64,000 bases of DNA from Candidatus Spongiihabitans sp. (GCA_965261335.1 OZ253450.1:386772-450771); one strand, 5' to 3'. Positions 50,372 to 63,847 are shown, counted from the stretch's first letter. Numbers and translations: made by a program. The notes: generated by a model from the sequence alone, not told the origin.

Positions 50372-53300
50372 CTACTCATGGACGGTGTCCAGCGTGGTCG
50401 TATCCTCTTGAGATTCTCCTAAAAGTGCGTCAAATTCTTGTTTTTTCAGGATATTCGTAATTCTATTTCGCTTCCGTTCGTCATGGAAAGCCAGTCCTGT
50501 TCCTGCTGGAATCAAGCGCCCTACAATGACGTTTTCTTTGAGTCCACGCAGGTAATCTACCTTACCGTTGACTGATGCATTGGTCAACACTCGGGTCGTT
50601 TCCTGAAATGAAGCTGCCGATATAAACGATTCGGTGGTCAACGATGCTTTGGTGATTCCTAACAGCACTGGGTCATAGGTTGCAGGTTCTTTACCTTGTT
50701 CGAGTAATTGGTCATTTTCATCCAGTAGCATGGCTTTTTCTACTTGTTCACTCGGCAAATAGCGACTGTTACCGACATCGGTAATTTTGACCTTGCGTAA
50801 CATTTGTCGAATGATTACTTCGATGTGCTTGTCGTTTATTTTTACGCCTTGCAACTGATAAACATCCTGCACTTCATTAACGATGTAATCTGACAAGGCT
50901 TCAACACCACGATACTTGAGAATGTCGCTCTCCAGCAACGAACCCTCGACAATCACTTCGCCACGCTCCACGCTTTCCCCTGCAAACACGACAATACGAC
51001 GAGTTTTTGGAATCAGAGTGCTGTAGGTTTCTCCATCTTTGTCGGTGATAATCAAGCGGTATTTGCTTTTGGTTTCTTTGCCAAAAGAAATATTGCCATC
51101 AGATTCTGCCAAAATAGCCGATTCTTTCGGTTTACGCGCTTCAAATAACTCTGCGACACGAGGCAAACCACCCGTAATGTCATGCGTTTTTGATGACTCC
51201 AGCGGAATCCGTGCGATAACATCACCTTCGTGTACTTGTTGTCCGTCTTCGAGGGTAACAATTGCATCGGGCGGTAGTTGGTAACTTGCATCAACATCGG
51301 TACCGGGTATCTTCAGCCCAACACCCGTCTCGTCTATCAGGCTAATGGTCGGTTTAATGTCGAGGGCACTACCACGTCGACGTTGTAGGTCGAGTGTGAC
51401 ATAGGTGCTTTTGCCGGTTAATTCATCGGTTTGCATCTTTGCCGTGACCCCTTCCTCGATGTCGGTAAAGACGACGGTTCCAGCAACTTCAGTAATAATA
51501 GGATGGGTATGTGGATCCCAGGTGACGACAACATCGCCAACTTTCACTTTAGATCCTTCAACAACCGTCAATATCGCGCCATAGGGCAGTTTGTGCTTTT
51601 CACGGTCACGCCCATGCTCATCCTGAACCATCAGCTGACTTGAGCGGGTAATAACAACATGATTGCCATCGCTGTTTTTAACCAATTTTTCACCGACAAG
51701 ATGAATTTTTCCCTCATTTTTCAGTTCAACCTGACTGGCCACCACCGAGCCTGAAGCCGCACCACCAATATGAAAGGTACGCATCGTCAATTGGGTGCCC
51801 GGCTCACCGATTGACTGAGCAGCGATAACACCTACCGCTTCACCGATATTGATGGTATGTCCGCGACCCAAATCACGTCCATAGCACTTCGCACAAACAC
51901 CATATCTGGTTTCGCAAGTTACTGCAGAGCGTACCACGATCTCATGAATATTCGCCTGACTTATCTTGATGACTGCCGATTCATCAATCATTTCATCTTT
52001 CGAAACAAGCACCTCATCGCTGTCTGGGTCGATAACGCATTCAACCGCATAACGCCCCAATATACGATCTCCCAAAGACACGACAACCTCACCACCTTCC
52101 ACCTGCGCTTCACGAGGTAAACCGCGTTGCGTTCCGCAATCAACCTCGGTGACCACTAAATCCTGACACACATCGACCAGTCGTCGTGTCAGGTATCCTG
52201 AGTTGGCTGTTTTCAGTGCAGTATCAGCAAGCCCTTTTCTTGCACCGTGGGTCGAAATAAAGTATTGCAGAACGTTTAATCCTTCGCGGAAATTAGCGGT
52301 AATTGGCGTTTCAATGATAGAGCCATCTGGTTTTGCCATCAATCCTCGCATACCTGCCAATTGCTTAATTTGAGCATGGGAGCCTCGTGCCCCTGAGTCT
52401 GCCATCATAAAAATAGAGTTAAACGAATCCTGCTCTACGGACTGATTATTCTTAACAACAGGCTCTTTACCCAACTCATCCATCATGGTATCCGCAACCT
52501 CTTCACTGGTACGAGTCCAAATATCAATTACTTTGTTATAACGCTCATTATCGGTCACGAATCCATCAGCATATTGTTGCTGAATTTCGACCACTGCTTT
52601 TTGTGCGTGGTCGAGAATGCTCGCTTTCTTTTTCGGAATCATCATGTCATCAATGCCAATAGAAATCCCAGAAAGTGCTGCCATTTTAAATCCGGTGTAC
52701 ATCAACTGATCCGCAAAAATAACTGTTTCTTTAAGCCCCATTTCCCGATAGGACACATTAATCAGTTCAGAAACTGTTTTCTTCTTCATCGGTCGGTTAA
52801 CCAGATCAAAATCCAATCCTTTAGGTAAAATTTCAAACAACAATGCCCGCCCGACAGTGGTTTCAACCGTTATCATATCGACCGCAGTGGCATCGTCTAG
52901 CACAGGGTCGTCCGTATCCGTAGCGACATTATCATTATTCGCCACCAGCGTATTTTTTTCATATACAGGTAAACGCACCTTTATCGGGGCATGCAAATGC
53001 ACCTGACCCGTCTCATTGGCTCGGCGTAGTTCGTGGAGATTGGCAAAATACTTTATTTTACCAGTGTAACTGCTACTACCCTTTGCAACGATATTTTCAC
53101 GCGTCATATAATATAAACCGAGCACGATATCCTGCGAAGGCACAATAATTGGCTCACCATTTGCCGGCGATAAAATATTATTGGTGGACATCATTAAAGC
53201 ACGCGCTTCAAGTTGTGCCTCTATCGAAAGTGGCACATGAACAGCCATTTGATCGCCGTCAAAATCCGCATTGTAAGGGGTACACACCAACGGGTGAAGC

Positions 53301-54643
53301 TGAATCGCTTTTCCTTCTATGAGAATCGGTTCAAATGCCTGTATACCCAAGCGGTGCAATGTTGGCGCACGGTTAAGCATAATCGGGTGTTCGCGAATCA
53401 CTTCTGCCAAAATATCCCAGATTTCCGGTCCTTCGGCTTCGACTATTTTCCTAGCTTGTTTAATGTTCACCGAAGAGTCTTTAAGCTCAAGCTTGCTGAA
53501 TATAAACGGCTTAAACAATTCCAGCGCCATTTTTTTAGGCAACCCACATTGATGTAGCTTCAAAGTCGGACCAACAACGATGACCGACCGACCTGAATAG
53601 TCCACTCGTTTGCCCAGCAGGTTCTGACGAAAACGACCTTGCTTGCCCTTAATGATGTCTGAAATAGATTTCAACTGACGCTTATTTGCGCCGGTAATCG
53701 CCTTGCCACGTCGACCATTGTCAATCATCGCATCAACCGCTTCTTGGAGCATTCGCTTCTCATTACGAACAATCAGATCCGGCGAGTTTAGGTCGAGCAA
53801 TCTTTTTAAGCGATTATTACGGTTGATAACCCGCCGATATAAATCATTCAAATCCGAAGTAGCAAACCGCCCTCCTTCCAAAGGAACCAGCGGACGTAAA
53901 TTCGGTGGCAATACTGGCAATACATCCATAATCATCCATGCTGGATTGTTACCCGAGCTGATAAACGCTTCAATCACTTTCAATCTGTTGGTGAATTTTT
54001 TAATTTTTGTTTCGGATTTGGTTGATTCCAGCTCTTCTCGTAGCAATAACGCTTCTTCTTTTAAATCAATTTCTTTGAGTAGCTTACGAATCGATTCAGC
54101 ACCCATACCCGCTTCAAATTCATCGCCAAAAGTTTCGATAGCTTCGAGATAAGATTCTTCTGACAACAAGCTACCACGTTCAAAATCCGTAATGCCGGGG
54201 TCAATAATCACATAAGCTTCAAAATAAAGCACCCTTTCCATTTCTCGAACCGTCATGTCGAGCAACAATCCCAAACGTGATGGCAAGGACTTGAGGAACC
54301 AGATATGGGCACACGGTGTTGCCAGCTCGATGTGCCCCATCCTCTCCCTGCGTACTTTAGACAAAGTGACTTCGACACCACATTTCTCGCAAACCACACC
54401 ACGATGTTTTAAGCGTTTATACTTGCCACACAGGCATTCGTAATCGCTCACCGGACCAAAGAGTTTTGCACAAAACAAGCCATCTCGCTCAGGGCGAAAT
54501 GTTCGATAGTTGATGGTTTCGGGTTTTTTTACTTCACCACGAGACCAACCACGAATTTTTTCTGGGGATGCAATACTGACCCGAATAAGGTCAAAGTCTT
54601 CAATCGTATCGGTTTGCTTAAACAGGTTAAAAATATCTCTCAT
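50372..54643 (-). CDS. rpoC: DNA-directed RNA polymerase beta' subunit
   Basis: 1423 aa. Zn-finger [23 protein letters not shown] and the catalytic [12 protein letters not shown]. Confidence 0.99.
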   Translation of the reverse strand: MRDIFNLFKQTDTIEDFDLIRVSIASPEKIRGWSRGEVKKPETINYRTFRPERDGLFCAKLFGPVSDYECLCGKYKRLKHRGVVCEKCGVEVTLSKVRRERMGHIELATPCAHIWFLKSLPSRLGLLLDMTVREMERVLYFEAYVIIDPGITDFERGSLLSEESYLEAIETFGDEFEAGMGAESIRKLLKEIDLKEEALLLREELESTKSETKIKKFTNRLKVIEAFISSGNNPAWMIMDVLPVLPPNLRPLVPLEGGRFATSDLNDLYRRVINRNNRLKRLLDLNSPDLIVRNEKRMLQEAVDAMIDNGRRGKAITGANKRQLKSISDIIKGKQGRFRQNLLGKRVDYSGRSVIVVGPTLKLHQCGLPKKMALELFKPFIFSKLELKDSSVNIKQARKIVEAEGPEIWDILAEVIREHPIMLNRAPTLHRLGIQAFEPILIEGKAIQLHPLVCTPYNADFDGDQMAVHVPLSIEAQLEARALMMSTNNILSPANGEPIIVPSQDIVLGLYYMTRENIVAKGSSSYTGKIKYFANLHELRRANETGQVHLHAPIKVRLPVYEKNTLVANNDNVATDTDDPVLDDATAVDMITVETTVGRALLFEILPKGLDFDLVNRPMKKKTVSELINVSYREMGLKETVIFADQLMYTGFKMAALSGISIGIDDMMIPKKKASILDHAQKAVVEIQQQYADGFVTDNERYNKVIDIWTRTSEEVADTMMDELGKEPVVKNNQSVEQDSFNSIFMMADSGARGSHAQIKQLAGMRGLMAKPDGSIIETPITANFREGLNVLQYFISTHGARKGLADTALKTANSGYLTRRLVDVCQDLVVTEVDCGTQRGLPREAQVEGGEVVVSLGDRILGRYAVECVIDPDSDEVLVSKDEMIDESAVIKISQANIHEIVVRSAVTCETRYGVCAKCYGRDLGRGHTINIGEAVGVIAAQSIGEPGTQLTMRTFHIGGAASGSVVASQVELKNEGKIHLVGEKLVKNSDGNHVVITRSSQLMVQDEHGRDREKHKLPYGAILTVVEGSKVKVGDVVVTWDPHTHPIITEVAGTVVFTDIEEGVTAKMQTDELTGKSTYVTLDLQRRRGSALDIKPTISLIDETGVGLKIPGTDVDASYQLPPDAIVTLEDGQQVHEGDVIARIPLESSKTHDITGGLPRVAELFEARKPKESAILAESDGNISFGKETKSKYRLIITDKDGETYSTLIPKTRRIVVFAGESVERGEVIVEGSLLESDILKYRGVEALSDYIVNEVQDVYQLQGVKINDKHIEVIIRQMLRKVKITDVGNSRYLPSEQVEKAMLLDENDQLLEQGKEPATYDPVLLGITKASLTTESFISAASFQETTRVLTNASVNGKVDYLRGLKENVIVGRLIPAGTGLAFHDERKRNRITNILKKQEFDALLGESQEDTTTLDTVHE

Positions 54644-54700
54644 TTTGTGCGCCCTCTATTTACGCTATTTAGTTGGAGTTGGCAGTGTGTCGACGGATTA

Positions 54701-57700
54701 TTAGTGATGCCCTTGTTTGAGCTCAATATTGAGTCCCAGTGCACGAATCTCCTTGACTAAAACATTAAACGATTCAGGCATTCCAGCATCCATGCCATAA
54801 TCACCACGCACCATGCTGGCATAGATTTTGGCACGACCGGCAATGTCATCGGACTTAACGGTCAACATTTCCTGCAATGTATATGCTGCGCCATAGGCCT
54901 CAAGTGCCCATACTTCCATCTCTCCGAATCGTTGTCCGCCAAATTGTGCCTTACCACCTAACGGTTGTTGGGTAATCAAACTGTATGGGCCTGTCGAACG
55001 TGCGTGCATTTTGTCATCAGCCAAATGGTTTAGTTTTAGAATATACATGTACCCGCAGGTGACTGGGCGGTCAAACTTCTCGCCGCTTCGACCATCATAT
55101 AATATTGCCTGACCACTGTCCGGGAGACCTGCTAATTTCAACATGCCTTTGATTTCTGCTTCAGTAGCCCCATCAAATACGGGGGTTGCCATTGGCACAC
55201 CCTGTCGAAGATTATTCGCCAACTCGAGTATTTCAGTTTCGGAAAAATCATCTAGTGACTCTTGCTTGCCACTGGTGTTATAAACTTTTCCGAGAAACTT
55301 GCGTAGCTGACTCGTTTTTTTGTTTTTACGCAGCATGTCGTCAATTTGCGTGCCAATTTTCTTGGCAGCCCAGCCCAAATGGGTCTCCAAAACCTGTCCG
55401 ACATTCATGCGTGATGGCACACCAAGCGGATTCAAGCAAATGTCCACAGCGGTACCATCATCCATATAGGGCATATCCTCAATCGGAACAATTTTGGAAA
55501 TAACCCCTTTATTACCATGACGACCTGCCATCTTATCACCCGGTTGCAAACGGCGTTTCACTGCTACAAAAACTTTGACGATTCTTAAAACGCCGGACGC
55601 TAAATCATCGCCCATTTCAATTTTCCCACGTTTTTCTTCAAAGAGACGGTCAAATTTTTCACGTTGTGATCCTAATTGAGCCCGAATAATTTCTATCGAC
55701 CGATTGGCCTCTTCGTTACGCAGTCGAATTTCAAACCACTGTCGATGCGGTAATTCACCTAAATAATTATTGGTCACTTTTTCGCCCGCTTTCAGGGCGT
55801 TTGGACCGCCCTCTGCAATACGATTGTGTAATAATTTCTCGATTCGCGCATAGGCATCCGCTTCGACAATGCGCAATTGATCATCCAAATCCTTACGCAC
55901 AGCATCTAATTCATATTTATCATTCGCAAGTGCACGCTCATCTTTTTCCAAACCTTCGCGAGTAAATACCTGAACATCAATGACGGTACCCTTCATGCCC
56001 GCCGGCATACGCAACGATGTATCCTTAATTTCGCCCGCCTTCTCAGCAAAAATAGCACGCAGTAGCTTCTCTTCTGGAATCAATTGCGTCTCCCCTTTTG
56101 GGGTCACTTTTGCCACTAAAATATCCCTTGGCTCCACTTCTGCACCAATATATACAATTCCGGATTCATCTAGCTTGGACAGCGCCGAGTCGCCAACCTG
56201 CGGAAGGTCGCGACTAATCTCTTCAGCACCAAGTTTAGTATCCCGTGCCACGCAAGACAGCTCTTCAATATGAACAGAGGTATATACTTCGTCTTTGACC
56301 AACCGTTCCGAAATTAAAATAGAGTCCTCAAAGTTATATCCATTCCAAGGCATGAAAGCGATCAACACATTTCGACCCAAGGCTAATTCACCCATATCTG
56401 TGGACGGACCATCAGCAAGCACATCGCCCCGCGCAACCTGCTCCGCTATACGCACCAATGGACGCTGGTTAATTGTCGTATTTTGGTTTGATCTCTGGTA
56501 CTTGGTCAGGTTATAAATATCAACCCCAGACTCGCCGACAACACTCTCGTCATCATGCACCCGAACCACAATCCGTGACGCATCCACTGAATCCACAACA
56601 CCTCCACGCCGCGCAACTACAGTCACGCCCGAATCCACCGCCACAGCACGCTCCATACCGGTTCCAACTAACGGTTTTTCACTACGCACCACTGGTACTG
56701 CTTGACGCTGCATATTCGCACCCATCAAGGCACGGTTCGCATCATCATGCTCAAGAAAAGGCACTAACGATGCTGCTACCGAGACGATCTGTTGCGGTGC
56801 CACATCGATATAGTCGATTTTGTCCGATGCTGATAACGAGAATTCATTTTTATGTCGACATGAAACCATTTGATCGGTGAACTTGCCGTGGCTATCCACT
56901 GTGGCATTCGCCTGTGCGATGACATATTTATGTTCATCAATGGCGGACAGATATTCAGTCTGTTCGGTTACCTTACCACCAACCACTTTTTTATATGGTG
57001 TCTCAAGAAAACCGTACTCATTGGTTCTCGCAAAACAAGCCAGCGAATTGATTAAGCCGATATTTGGACCTTCGGGCGTTTCAATCGGACAGACCCGTCC
57101 ATAGTGAGTCGGATGCACATCGCGCACTTCAAAGCCAGCACGTTCACGAGTCAACCCACCTGGACCCAATGCAGAAACACGCCGTTTATGCGTAATTTCC
57201 GATAGCGGGTTGGTTTGATCCATAAATTGTGATAACTGACTTGAACCGAAAAATTCTCGAACCACTGCCGAGACTGGTTTTGCGTTAATTAAATCACGCG
57301 GCATCATTTCTTCGATTTCAACCTGATTCAAGCGCTCCTTGACCGCACGTTCGACGCGCACCAATCCGATGCGGAATTGATTTTCCACCAACTCACCAAC
57401 CGACTTGACTCGCCGATTGCCGAGATTATCAATATCGTCCGTTTCCCCTTTGCCGTTTTTGATGGCAATAATTTTACGCATGACATCAACAATATCCTGC
57501 TTGCTGAGTATGCCGGGACCCTCCTTGGACTCCCTGCCTAACCGTCGGTTAAATTTCATGCGACCGACTCCCGATAAGTCATAACGCTCTTTATTGAAAA
57601 ACAAGTTGCTGAATAACAGTGCGGAAGCCTCTTTTGTTGGCGGCTCGCCCGGTCTCATCATGCGATAGATTTCAATTTGGGCATCTTCTTCTGAACGCGA

Positions 57701-58801
57701 CGAATCAATTCGTAGGGTGTCAGAAATAAACGGACCACAATCAATGTCGTTGGTAAAAATGGTGGTTATATCGGTAATACCATTATTCCTAAATGTTTGC
57801 AAAAGCGTCTCGTCAATTTCTTGATTCGCCTGCGCTAGCACCTCTCCAGTTTCGGTATCAATGATATCTTCTGACAATGCCCGTCCCAATAAAAATTCAT
57901 CCGGAACCATGATTTCATCGACTCCCGCTTTTTGCTCCACGATTAGTTTTTTGACATACTGTCCGGTAATCTTAGTTTCAGCCTCAATGATTGTCTTGCC
58001 TTTCGACTTGCCACTGTTACTCTTTACATCGAATTCCAAACGTTGCCCACGCATACGCTCGGGAACGAGCGTCAAAATGGCATCGGAATCCGTTAAGACA
58101 AAATGGTCGTTTTCAAAAAACATCGCCAACATCTCTTCCGTACTGTATCCCAAAGCACGCAACATGATGGTAGCAGGCAACTTCCGCCGTCGGTCAATGC
58201 GGACATAAAGCAGGTCCTTAGGATCAAATTCCATATCCAGCCACGACCCTCGAGCAGGGATAACACGGGCAGAAAACAGTAATTTACGCGAAGCATGCGT
58301 CTTACCAGCATCGTGATCAAAGATAACGCCCGGTGATCTGTGCAACTGCGAAACAACAACCCGCTCACTGCCGTTGATAACAAATGTACCGTTATCCGTC
58401 ATTAACGGCATATCACCGAGATACACTTCCTCTTCTTTGATGTCTTTGGATTTCTTGCCACTACCGCTTTTGTTAAAAACAACCAACCGCATAACGACTC
58501 GCAACGGACAGGCATAAATCAAACCACGTTGCTGACACTCAAAGACATCAAACCGAGGCTTTTCCAGACGATAACTGACAAAGTCCAGCATCACGCTACC
58601 ATTATAGCTTTCAATCGGGAAAACGGATTTGAAAGCCTTCTGAATCCCCTGATCAATGCGCTGGTCGGGTGGCGTAAACTCTTGCAGATATTTGTAATAC
58701 GACTCTTTTTGCATCGCTAGCAGGGGGGGTCCCTGAAAGTCATCAGAACGTTTACTAAAATTCTTTCGAATGCGTTTTTTTTCGGTAAAAGAATAGCCCA
58801 T
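54701..58801 (-). CDS. rpoB: DNA-directed RNA polymerase beta subunit
   Basis: The start is set to ATG 58801 ([18 protein letters not shown]...). The track start at 58867 adds 22 non-conserved residues. Confidence 0.98.
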   Translation of the reverse strand: MGYSFTEKKRIRKNFSKRSDDFQGPPLLAMQKESYYKYLQEFTPPDQRIDQGIQKAFKSVFPIESYNGSVMLDFVSYRLEKPRFDVFECQQRGLIYACPLRVVMRLVVFNKSGSGKKSKDIKEEEVYLGDMPLMTDNGTFVINGSERVVVSQLHRSPGVIFDHDAGKTHASRKLLFSARVIPARGSWLDMEFDPKDLLYVRIDRRRKLPATIMLRALGYSTEEMLAMFFENDHFVLTDSDAILTLVPERMRGQRLEFDVKSNSGKSKGKTIIEAETKITGQYVKKLIVEQKAGVDEIMVPDEFLLGRALSEDIIDTETGEVLAQANQEIDETLLQTFRNNGITDITTIFTNDIDCGPFISDTLRIDSSRSEEDAQIEIYRMMRPGEPPTKEASALLFSNLFFNKERYDLSGVGRMKFNRRLGRESKEGPGILSKQDIVDVMRKIIAIKNGKGETDDIDNLGNRRVKSVGELVENQFRIGLVRVERAVKERLNQVEIEEMMPRDLINAKPVSAVVREFFGSSQLSQFMDQTNPLSEITHKRRVSALGPGGLTRERAGFEVRDVHPTHYGRVCPIETPEGPNIGLINSLACFARTNEYGFLETPYKKVVGGKVTEQTEYLSAIDEHKYVIAQANATVDSHGKFTDQMVSCRHKNEFSLSASDKIDYIDVAPQQIVSVAASLVPFLEHDDANRALMGANMQRQAVPVVRSEKPLVGTGMERAVAVDSGVTVVARRGGVVDSVDASRIVVRVHDDESVVGESGVDIYNLTKYQRSNQNTTINQRPLVRIAEQVARGDVLADGPSTDMGELALGRNVLIAFMPWNGYNFEDSILISERLVKDEVYTSVHIEELSCVARDTKLGAEEISRDLPQVGDSALSKLDESGIVYIGAEVEPRDILVAKVTPKGETQLIPEEKLLRAIFAEKAGEIKDTSLRMPAGMKGTVIDVQVFTREGLEKDERALANDKYELDAVRKDLDDQLRIVEADAYARIEKLLHNRIAEGGPNALKAGEKVTNNYLGELPHRQWFEIRLRNEEANRSIEIIRAQLGSQREKFDRLFEEKRGKIEMGDDLASGVLRIVKVFVAVKRRLQPGDKMAGRHGNKGVISKIVPIEDMPYMDDGTAVDICLNPLGVPSRMNVGQVLETHLGWAAKKIGTQIDDMLRKNKKTSQLRKFLGKVYNTSGKQESLDDFSETEILELANNLRQGVPMATPVFDGATEAEIKGMLKLAGLPDSGQAILYDGRSGEKFDRPVTCGYMYILKLNHLADDKMHARSTGPYSLITQQPLGGKAQFGGQRFGEMEVWALEAYGAAYTLQEMLTVKSDDIAGRAKIYASMVRGDYGMDAGMPESFNVLVKEIRALGLNIELKQGHH

Positions 58802-58832
58802 GCTTACCCCGTATGACTGCTCAATCAATAAA

Positions 58833-58859
58833 TACAAAAATACTGCCACCTGTGGGCAG
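58833..58859 (-). terminator. Hairpin plus T-tract between rplL and rpoB (attenuator-like)
   Basis: The minus strand reads CTGCC-CACAGGT-GGCAG followed by TATTTTTGTATTTATT. This is the position of the known partial terminator between rplL and rpoB in E. coli. The stem is only 5 bp. Confidence 0.4.
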
Positions 58860-58920
58860 AAAGTCACCCCTTGCCTACGACAGCGTCACCGCCCTGTTTG
58901 AAAATATTCAGGAATCAAAT

Positions 58921-59298
58921 TTACTTGAGTTCGACAGTACCGCCGGCTTCTTCAATTTGTTTTTTGAATTCTTCTGCTTCCGCTTTCGCAATCCCTTCTT
59001 TAACCGCAGTAGGCGCCCCTTCAACCAAATCTTTAGCCTCTTTCAGTCCCAGTCCAGTGATGGCACGCACTGCTTTGATGACACCCACCTTCTTGTCGCC
59101 AAAACTAGTTAACATCACATCAAACGCATCTTTTTCTTCGGCTACCGCAACTGCCACATCACCAGCCGGAGCGGCGACGGCGACGGCTGCTGCCGCTGAT
59201 ACTCCAAATTTCTCTTCCATATCCTTGATTAACTCGGACAGGTCAAGCACTGACATCTCGGCAATCGCGTCGAGAATTTCTTCTTTACTTAAAGTCAT
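58921..59298 (-). CDS. rplL: 50S ribosomal protein L7/L12
   Basis: 125 aa, [38 protein letters not shown]...[11 protein letters not shown]... Confidence 0.98.
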   Translation of the reverse strand: MTLSKEEILDAIAEMSVLDLSELIKDMEEKFGVSAAAAVAVAAPAGDVAVAVAEEKDAFDVMLTSFGDKKVGVIKAVRAITGLGLKEAKDLVEGAPTAVKEGIAKAEAEEFKKQIEEAGGTVELK

Positions 59299-59354
59299 GG
59301 TAATTACTCCTGATAGCTAACAAACATTAATTTTTTGGACACAGTAAGCAACAA

Positions 59355-59879
59355 TCATGCTGCTTTCTTCGCTTCCGCCAGTGCGGCAAGCGTCCGCACA
59401 CATTGACTCGGCACTTCATTGAGTGTTGTTACCAATTTCTGAATCGGTGCCTGCATGGTACCTACCAGCTTGGCAAGCAATTCATCTCGACCGGGCAGTT
59501 TGGACAAACTTTGAATCATCGAAAAATCAATCAGGGAGCCATTCATCACCCCCGCTGTAATCTTCAATCCTTCATTATCTTTCGCAAACTCTGCCATCAC
59601 CTTAGCAACTGAAACGGGATCTTCAGATGCCGAAAAAATGATCGGTCCGGTAAAGTAATCGCTTAAACACTCAAAATCAGAACCCTGAACGACCCGTTTG
59701 GCAAGATTATTCTTGACCACTCGAACCCATACCCCAGCGTTCCGCGCTTTCTGACGTAATACGGTTATCTGTGCAACATTGAGACCGCGATACTCAGCCA
59801 ATATCCCAGCCTGTGCCGAAGCAATTGCCTCTGTCACATCACTGATTACGACTTTTTTCTGCTCGTAACTTAAACTCAT
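59355..59879 (-). CDS. rplJ: 50S ribosomal protein L10
   Basis: 174 aa; sits between rplA and rplL; ...LAEYRGLNVAQITVLRQKARNAGV... Confidence 0.96.
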   Translation of the reverse strand: MSLSYEQKKVVISDVTEAIASAQAGILAEYRGLNVAQITVLRQKARNAGVWVRVVKNNLAKRVVQGSDFECLSDYFTGPIIFSASEDPVSVAKVMAEFAKDNEGLKITAGVMNGSLIDFSMIQSLSKLPGRDELLAKLVGTMQAPIQKLVTTLNEVPSQCVRTLAALAEAKKAA

Positions 59880-60182
59880 AAAGCACTCCTCATTAAATAA
59901 TGGTGTCCTGCATCAGAAGCAGTTCTGACTTCGGGGCACCGTCTGCGCTGGCAATTTCTAAACATATTCTTGCAAACAAACATTAGAAATATTTTAAGAA
60001 TTTCTGAATCAGAATACAGAAATTCACCTGCGGTCTTTGACGACATCGCCTTTGGGCTCTCAACTTACCGCCCTTTTCCGCAATCGAGAACCGCTTTGCC
60101 AAAGCAAAAGCCAACCACGAAAAAATGCTGATAACGAACCCCGCTCAGTTCAAAAATCAAACCAAACACGACATCCCAAAAC
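59880..60182 (-). promoter_or_regulatory. rplJ 5' leader (position of the L10(L12)4 autoregulatory leader)
   Basis: 303-nt untranslated gap between rplA and rplJ. It contains several short, mutually exclusive inverted repeats: ATTTCTA 59954-59960 with TAGAAAT 59984-59990, and AGAAAT 59985-59990 with ATTTCT 60000-60005. The assignment rests on position only. Confidence 0.35.
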
Positions 60183-60884
60183 TTACCTGATCACAGGGAT
60201 ACTCGTGCGATCAACCTTAACACTAGGTCCCATCGTGCTAGACAGTGAAACCCGTCGAATATATTGCCCTTTGGCAGACGCTGGTTTCGCCTTAATCAAA
60301 GCAGAAACCAACGAATTTAAATTCTCTTCCAGATGATTTTCTGCAAACGATACCTTACCAATAGCGCAGTGAATCACCCCCGCTTTATCAATGCGAAACT
60401 GCACCTGACCCGACTTGGCATCTGTAACCGCTTTGCCCACATCAGTCGTCACGGTGCCGACTTTAGGGTTCGGCATCATCCCTCGAGGACCGAGAATCTG
60501 CCCCAGCTGACCAACTACACGCATGGTATCCGGGGTCGCGATACAAACATCAAAATCAATTTCACCTTTCTTGACTGTGGCTACCAAATATTCAAGCCCG
60601 ACAATATCTGCTCCCGCTGCTTGAGCGGCTTCGGCATTTTCGCCCTCGGCAAATACTGCGACACGCACTGTTTTCCCCGTACCATTCGGCAATACGGTCG
60701 CACCACGTACATTTTGATCTGATTTTCTGGCGTTGACACCAAGCACCACCGCAATATCAATCGTTTCATCGAACTTTGCAGAACTCACCGCTTTGATCAA
60801 CGATAATGCATCAGCAACCGCATAACGTTTTTTTCGATCCACTTTTTCGTTCGCTGCACGAATTCTCTTACTTGAAAACGTCAT
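60183..60884 (-). CDS. rplA: 50S ribosomal protein L1
   Basis: 233 aa, ...[43 protein letters not shown]... Confidence 0.97.
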   Translation of the reverse strand: MTFSSKRIRAANEKVDRKKRYAVADALSLIKAVSSAKFDETIDIAVVLGVNARKSDQNVRGATVLPNGTGKTVRVAVFAEGENAEAAQAAGADIVGLEYLVATVKKGEIDFDVCIATPDTMRVVGQLGQILGPRGMMPNPKVGTVTTDVGKAVTDAKSGQVQFRIDKAGVIHCAIGKVSFAENHLEENLNSLVSALIKAKPASAKGQYIRRVSLSSTMGPSVKVDRTSIPVIR

Positions 60885-60887
60885 TGG

Positions 60888-61319
60888 TTATACTCCTTCC
60901 GTCTCGATACCCATGCTTCGAGCACTGCCAGCAATAATTCGGACTGCCTGTTCAATATCATTCGAACTCAAATCTGGTTGTTTTATTTTGGCAATCTCTT
61001 CTAACTGCACACGAGTCACCTTGGCCACCTTATCGCGATTGGGTACGCTACTACCCTTTTCAATGCCAGCGGCTTTTTTAAGGAGGATAGAAGCAGGGGG
61101 TGTTTTCTTAATATAGGTGAAACTTTTATCTGCATATACCGTAATCACCACAGGCACCGGCAATCCCTTTTCCATGTCCTGCGTTTCGGCATTGAATGCC
61201 TTGCAAAAATCCATAATATTAACGCCATGTTGCCCCAATGCTGGACCAACTGGCGGACTCGGTTTTGCGTCCCCCGCGGGGACTTGCAGTTTAATATATG
61301 CGTCTATCTTTTTAGCCAT
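60888..61319 (-). CDS. rplK: 50S ribosomal protein L11
   Basis: The start is set to ATG 61319 ([36 protein letters not shown]...). The track start at 61358 adds a non-conserved extension. Confidence 0.97.
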   Translation of the reverse strand: MAKKIDAYIKLQVPAGDAKPSPPVGPALGQHGVNIMDFCKAFNAETQDMEKGLPVPVVITVYADKSFTYIKKTPPASILLKKAAGIEKGSSVPNRDKVAKVTRVQLEEIAKIKQPDLSSNDIEQAVRIIAGSARSMGIETEGV

Positions 61320-61405
61320 AATAACTCCTAATGGGTACAATCGCCTGACTGTCGCCACGCTCCCCGTTTAATGTTAAAAAATTGCAATCTAATTGTAACT
61401 AGAAA

Positions 61406-62065
61406 CTATCCTTTCTCTACCTGTGTAAAACTTAACTCCACAGGTGTGGAACGCCCAAGAATCGCAATCGATACTTTCAATTTCGCTTTTTCAAAATTGG
61501 CTTCTTCCACAGTACCGCTGAAATCCTGAAATGGTCCATCAACAATTCTGACAATCTCGCCCGGCGCAAAAGTAAACTTCATCTTCGGTTGGTCGACACT
61601 ATCTGACATTTGCTGGATAATTTCTTCTGCCTCTTTATGTGTGATTGGCATGGGTCGGTTTGCGGTTCCGCCAATAAATCCAGCAACTTTAGGAACATTT
61701 TTAACCAAATGCCATGTTTCATCTGTCAGCTCCATTTCCACCAACACATATCCGGGGAAAAACTTTCGCTCACTAATACGTTTCTGACCGCCTTTCATCT
61801 CCATCACCTCTTCCGTAGGAACCAAGACATCGCCAAAAAACTCCTCTTTTCCAGCACGCGCAATATGGTCGATAATGGATTGTCTAACCTTTTTTTCAAA
61901 TCCAGAAAATGCCTGCACTACAAACCAACGCATATTGGGATTGTTGTTCTGTTTCTCGGTCGTAGGCACTGCTTGAGAATCCGTTTCAGCCAATTTGGAT
62001 TGCGTTGATGAGTCCCGCTCTAATGCCGTTTCAACATCAGCATTCCGTGTTTCATCGCTCATCAT
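61406..62065 (-). CDS. nusG: Transcription termination/antitermination factor NusG (with ~44-aa N-terminal extension)
   Basis: 219 aa. The conserved core begins at ...MRWFVVQAFSGFEKKV..., and a KOW region is at the C-terminus. Confidence 0.95.
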   Translation of the reverse strand: MMSDETRNADVETALERDSSTQSKLAETDSQAVPTTEKQNNNPNMRWFVVQAFSGFEKKVRQSIIDHIARAGKEEFFGDVLVPTEEVMEMKGGQKRISERKFFPGYVLVEMELTDETWHLVKNVPKVAGFIGGTANRPMPITHKEAEEIIQQMSDSVDQPKMKFTFAPGEIVRIVDGPFQDFSGTVEEANFEKAKLKVSIAILGRSTPVELSFTQVEKG

Positions 62066-62415
62066 GTCCCCCTTACCCTGAGAAAGACATCATAAATCAT
62101 ATAAAACGACAAGGCATCAAAAACCCACATCACCAGACCAATAATGATGACCAATACGATAACAAACATGGTGACCTGCACGGCTTCCGGACGAGTAGGC
62201 CAAATTACTTTTTGACGTTCAATATTCGCTCCCTTAATGAAAGACCATGTTGAGTGCCCCATTTCCGTAGTCATCATCAACCCAACTGCAACTGCCACGC
62301 CGGCAATGACTATGCCGACACGCCCCAGCTGCATCAGGTCACTGAACTGATAGTAAACCACAACGGCTAATACGACACTCAGAATTGCGACGATTATTTT
62401 GACTTTATCTATCAC
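62062..62415 (-). CDS. secE: Preprotein translocase subunit SecE
   Basis: 117 aa with three hydrophobic segments, ...KVIWPTRPEAVQVTMFVIVLV...; overlaps the nusG start. Confidence 0.93.
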   Translation of the reverse strand: MIDKVKIIVAILSVVLAVVVYYQFSDLMQLGRVGIVIAGVAVAVGLMMTTEMGHSTWSFIKGANIERQKVIWPTRPEAVQVTMFVIVLVIIIGLVMWVFDALSFYMIYDVFLRVRGT

Positions 62416-62507
62416 TAACTTTATACGAATAATCTAAATTTACGATTTACCTCATCATGCGTCCCACTCAAGGGCAACATCATTCAGCACATATCACCAG
62501 CAGTACG

Positions 62508-62583
62508 ATGGCAGGCCAGGAGGGAATCGAACCCCCAACCTGCGGTTTTGGAGACCGCCGCTCTGCCAATTGAGCTACTGGCC
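62508..62583 (-). tRNA. tRNA-Trp (anticodon CCA)
   Basis: Reverse complement AGGCCAGTAGCTCAATTGGCAGAGCGGCGGTCTCCAAAACCGCAGGTTGGGGGTTCGATTCCCTCCTGGCCTGCCA. Anticodon loop CTCCAAA. Classical position between tuf and secE. Confidence 0.92.
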
Positions 62584-62653
62584 TTCGAACCGACATGATG
62601 TTACTTGCACCCTATACAATTGTTGCAAAACTCATCAAAACGAATCCGACCGT

Positions 62654-63847
62654 TTATTCAATAATTTTGGTCACCACGCCCGCACCAACAGTGCGACCGC
62701 CCTCACGAATGGCAAAACGTAACCCGTCCTCCATCGCTATCGGCGCAATCAACTCCGCCGTTAGTTTGACATTGTCACCCGGCATCACCATCTCAACATT
62801 CTCCGGCAACTCACAGGCACCCGTTACATCGGTCGTCCTAAAATAAAACTGCGGACGATAGCCTTTGAAAAAGGGCGTATGTCGCCCACCTTCCTCTTTC
62901 GACAATATATAAACCTCTGCCTCAAACTTGGTATGCGGCGTTATCGTCTTTGGCTTTGCCAATACCTGTCCACGTTCCACTTCCTCACGCTTCGTACCGC
63001 GCAATAAAATACCCACATTATCGCCCGCCTGCCCCTCATCCAGTAATTTGCGGAACATCTCAACCCCAGTACATATCGTTTTCACCGTCTCTTTGATGCC
63101 GATTATCGCAATCTCCTCATTCACCTTAATCACGCCTCGTTCTATCCGACCCGTCACCACCGTGCCACGTCCCGAAATCGAGAACACATCCTCTACCGGC
63201 ATCAGAAAATCACCGTCAACCTTGCGATCAGGTAGCGGAATATAACTGTCCAATGCCTCCGCTAACTTGAATATCGAACCCTCCCCCATATCCGATGCAT
63301 CACCTTCCAATGCCTTCAAGGCACTGCCGATAATAATCGGCGTGTCATCACCGGGAAAATCATAACTATCCAGCAACTCGCGTACTTCCATCTCTACTAA
63401 TTCCATCAATTCCTCATCGTCCACCATATCGGCTTTGTTCAAAAAAACAACAATATACGGAACCCCTACCTGACGTGCCAACAATATATGCTCGCGCGTT
63501 TGCGGCATCGGACCATCTGCTGCCGAACAAACCAATATCGCACCATCCATCTGCGCCGCACCAGTAATCATGTTCTTGACATAATCCGCGTGTCCCGGAC
63601 AATCAACATGCGCATAATGACGCACTTCGGTTTCATACTCAACATGTGCCGTGGCAATCGTAATACCGCGTTCACGTTCCTCTGGCGCATTATCAATCTC
63701 ATCAAATGCCTTCGCCGATGTACCCCCATACTTCGCCGACAACACTTTCGTCATCGCCGCCGTTAAGGTCGTCTTACCGTGATCAACATGACCTATAGTA
63801 CCAACATTGACATGTGGCTTCGTTCTGTTAAATTTTTCTTTCGACAT
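62654..63847 (-). CDS. tuf: Elongation factor Tu (second copy, tufB position)
   Basis: 397 aa, protein identical to copy 45550..46743. Confidence 0.99.
   Translation of the reverse strand: MSKEKFNRTKPHVNVGTIGHVDHGKTTLTAAMTKVLSAKYGGTSAKAFDEIDNAPEERERGITIATAHVEYETEVRHYAHVDCPGHADYVKNMITGAAQMDGAILVCSAADGPMPQTREHILLARQVGVPYIVVFLNKADMVDDEELMELVEMEVRELLDSYDFPGDDTPIIIGSALKALEGDASDMGEGSIFKLAEALDSYIPLPDRKVDGDFLMPVEDVFSISGRGTVVTGRIERGVIKVNEEIAIIGIKETVKTICTGVEMFRKLLDEGQAGDNVGILLRGTKREEVERGQVLAKPKTITPHTKFEAEVYILSKEEGGRHTPFFKGYRPQFYFRTTDVTGACELPENVEMVMPGDNVKLTAELIAPIAMEDGLRFAIREGGRTVGAGVVTKIIE
62663..63847. repeat. tuf duplicated segment, copy 2
   Basis: See copy 1. Confidence 0.9.

Noticed and set aside
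58802-58867. Longer N-terminal starts given by the track for rpoB (58867), and likewise for rplK (61358), rplF (38101) and fusA (48904)
   Set aside because: The extra residues are not conserved. In some cases they overlap the upstream gene or use TTG, whereas internal ATGs reproduce the canonical N-termini.
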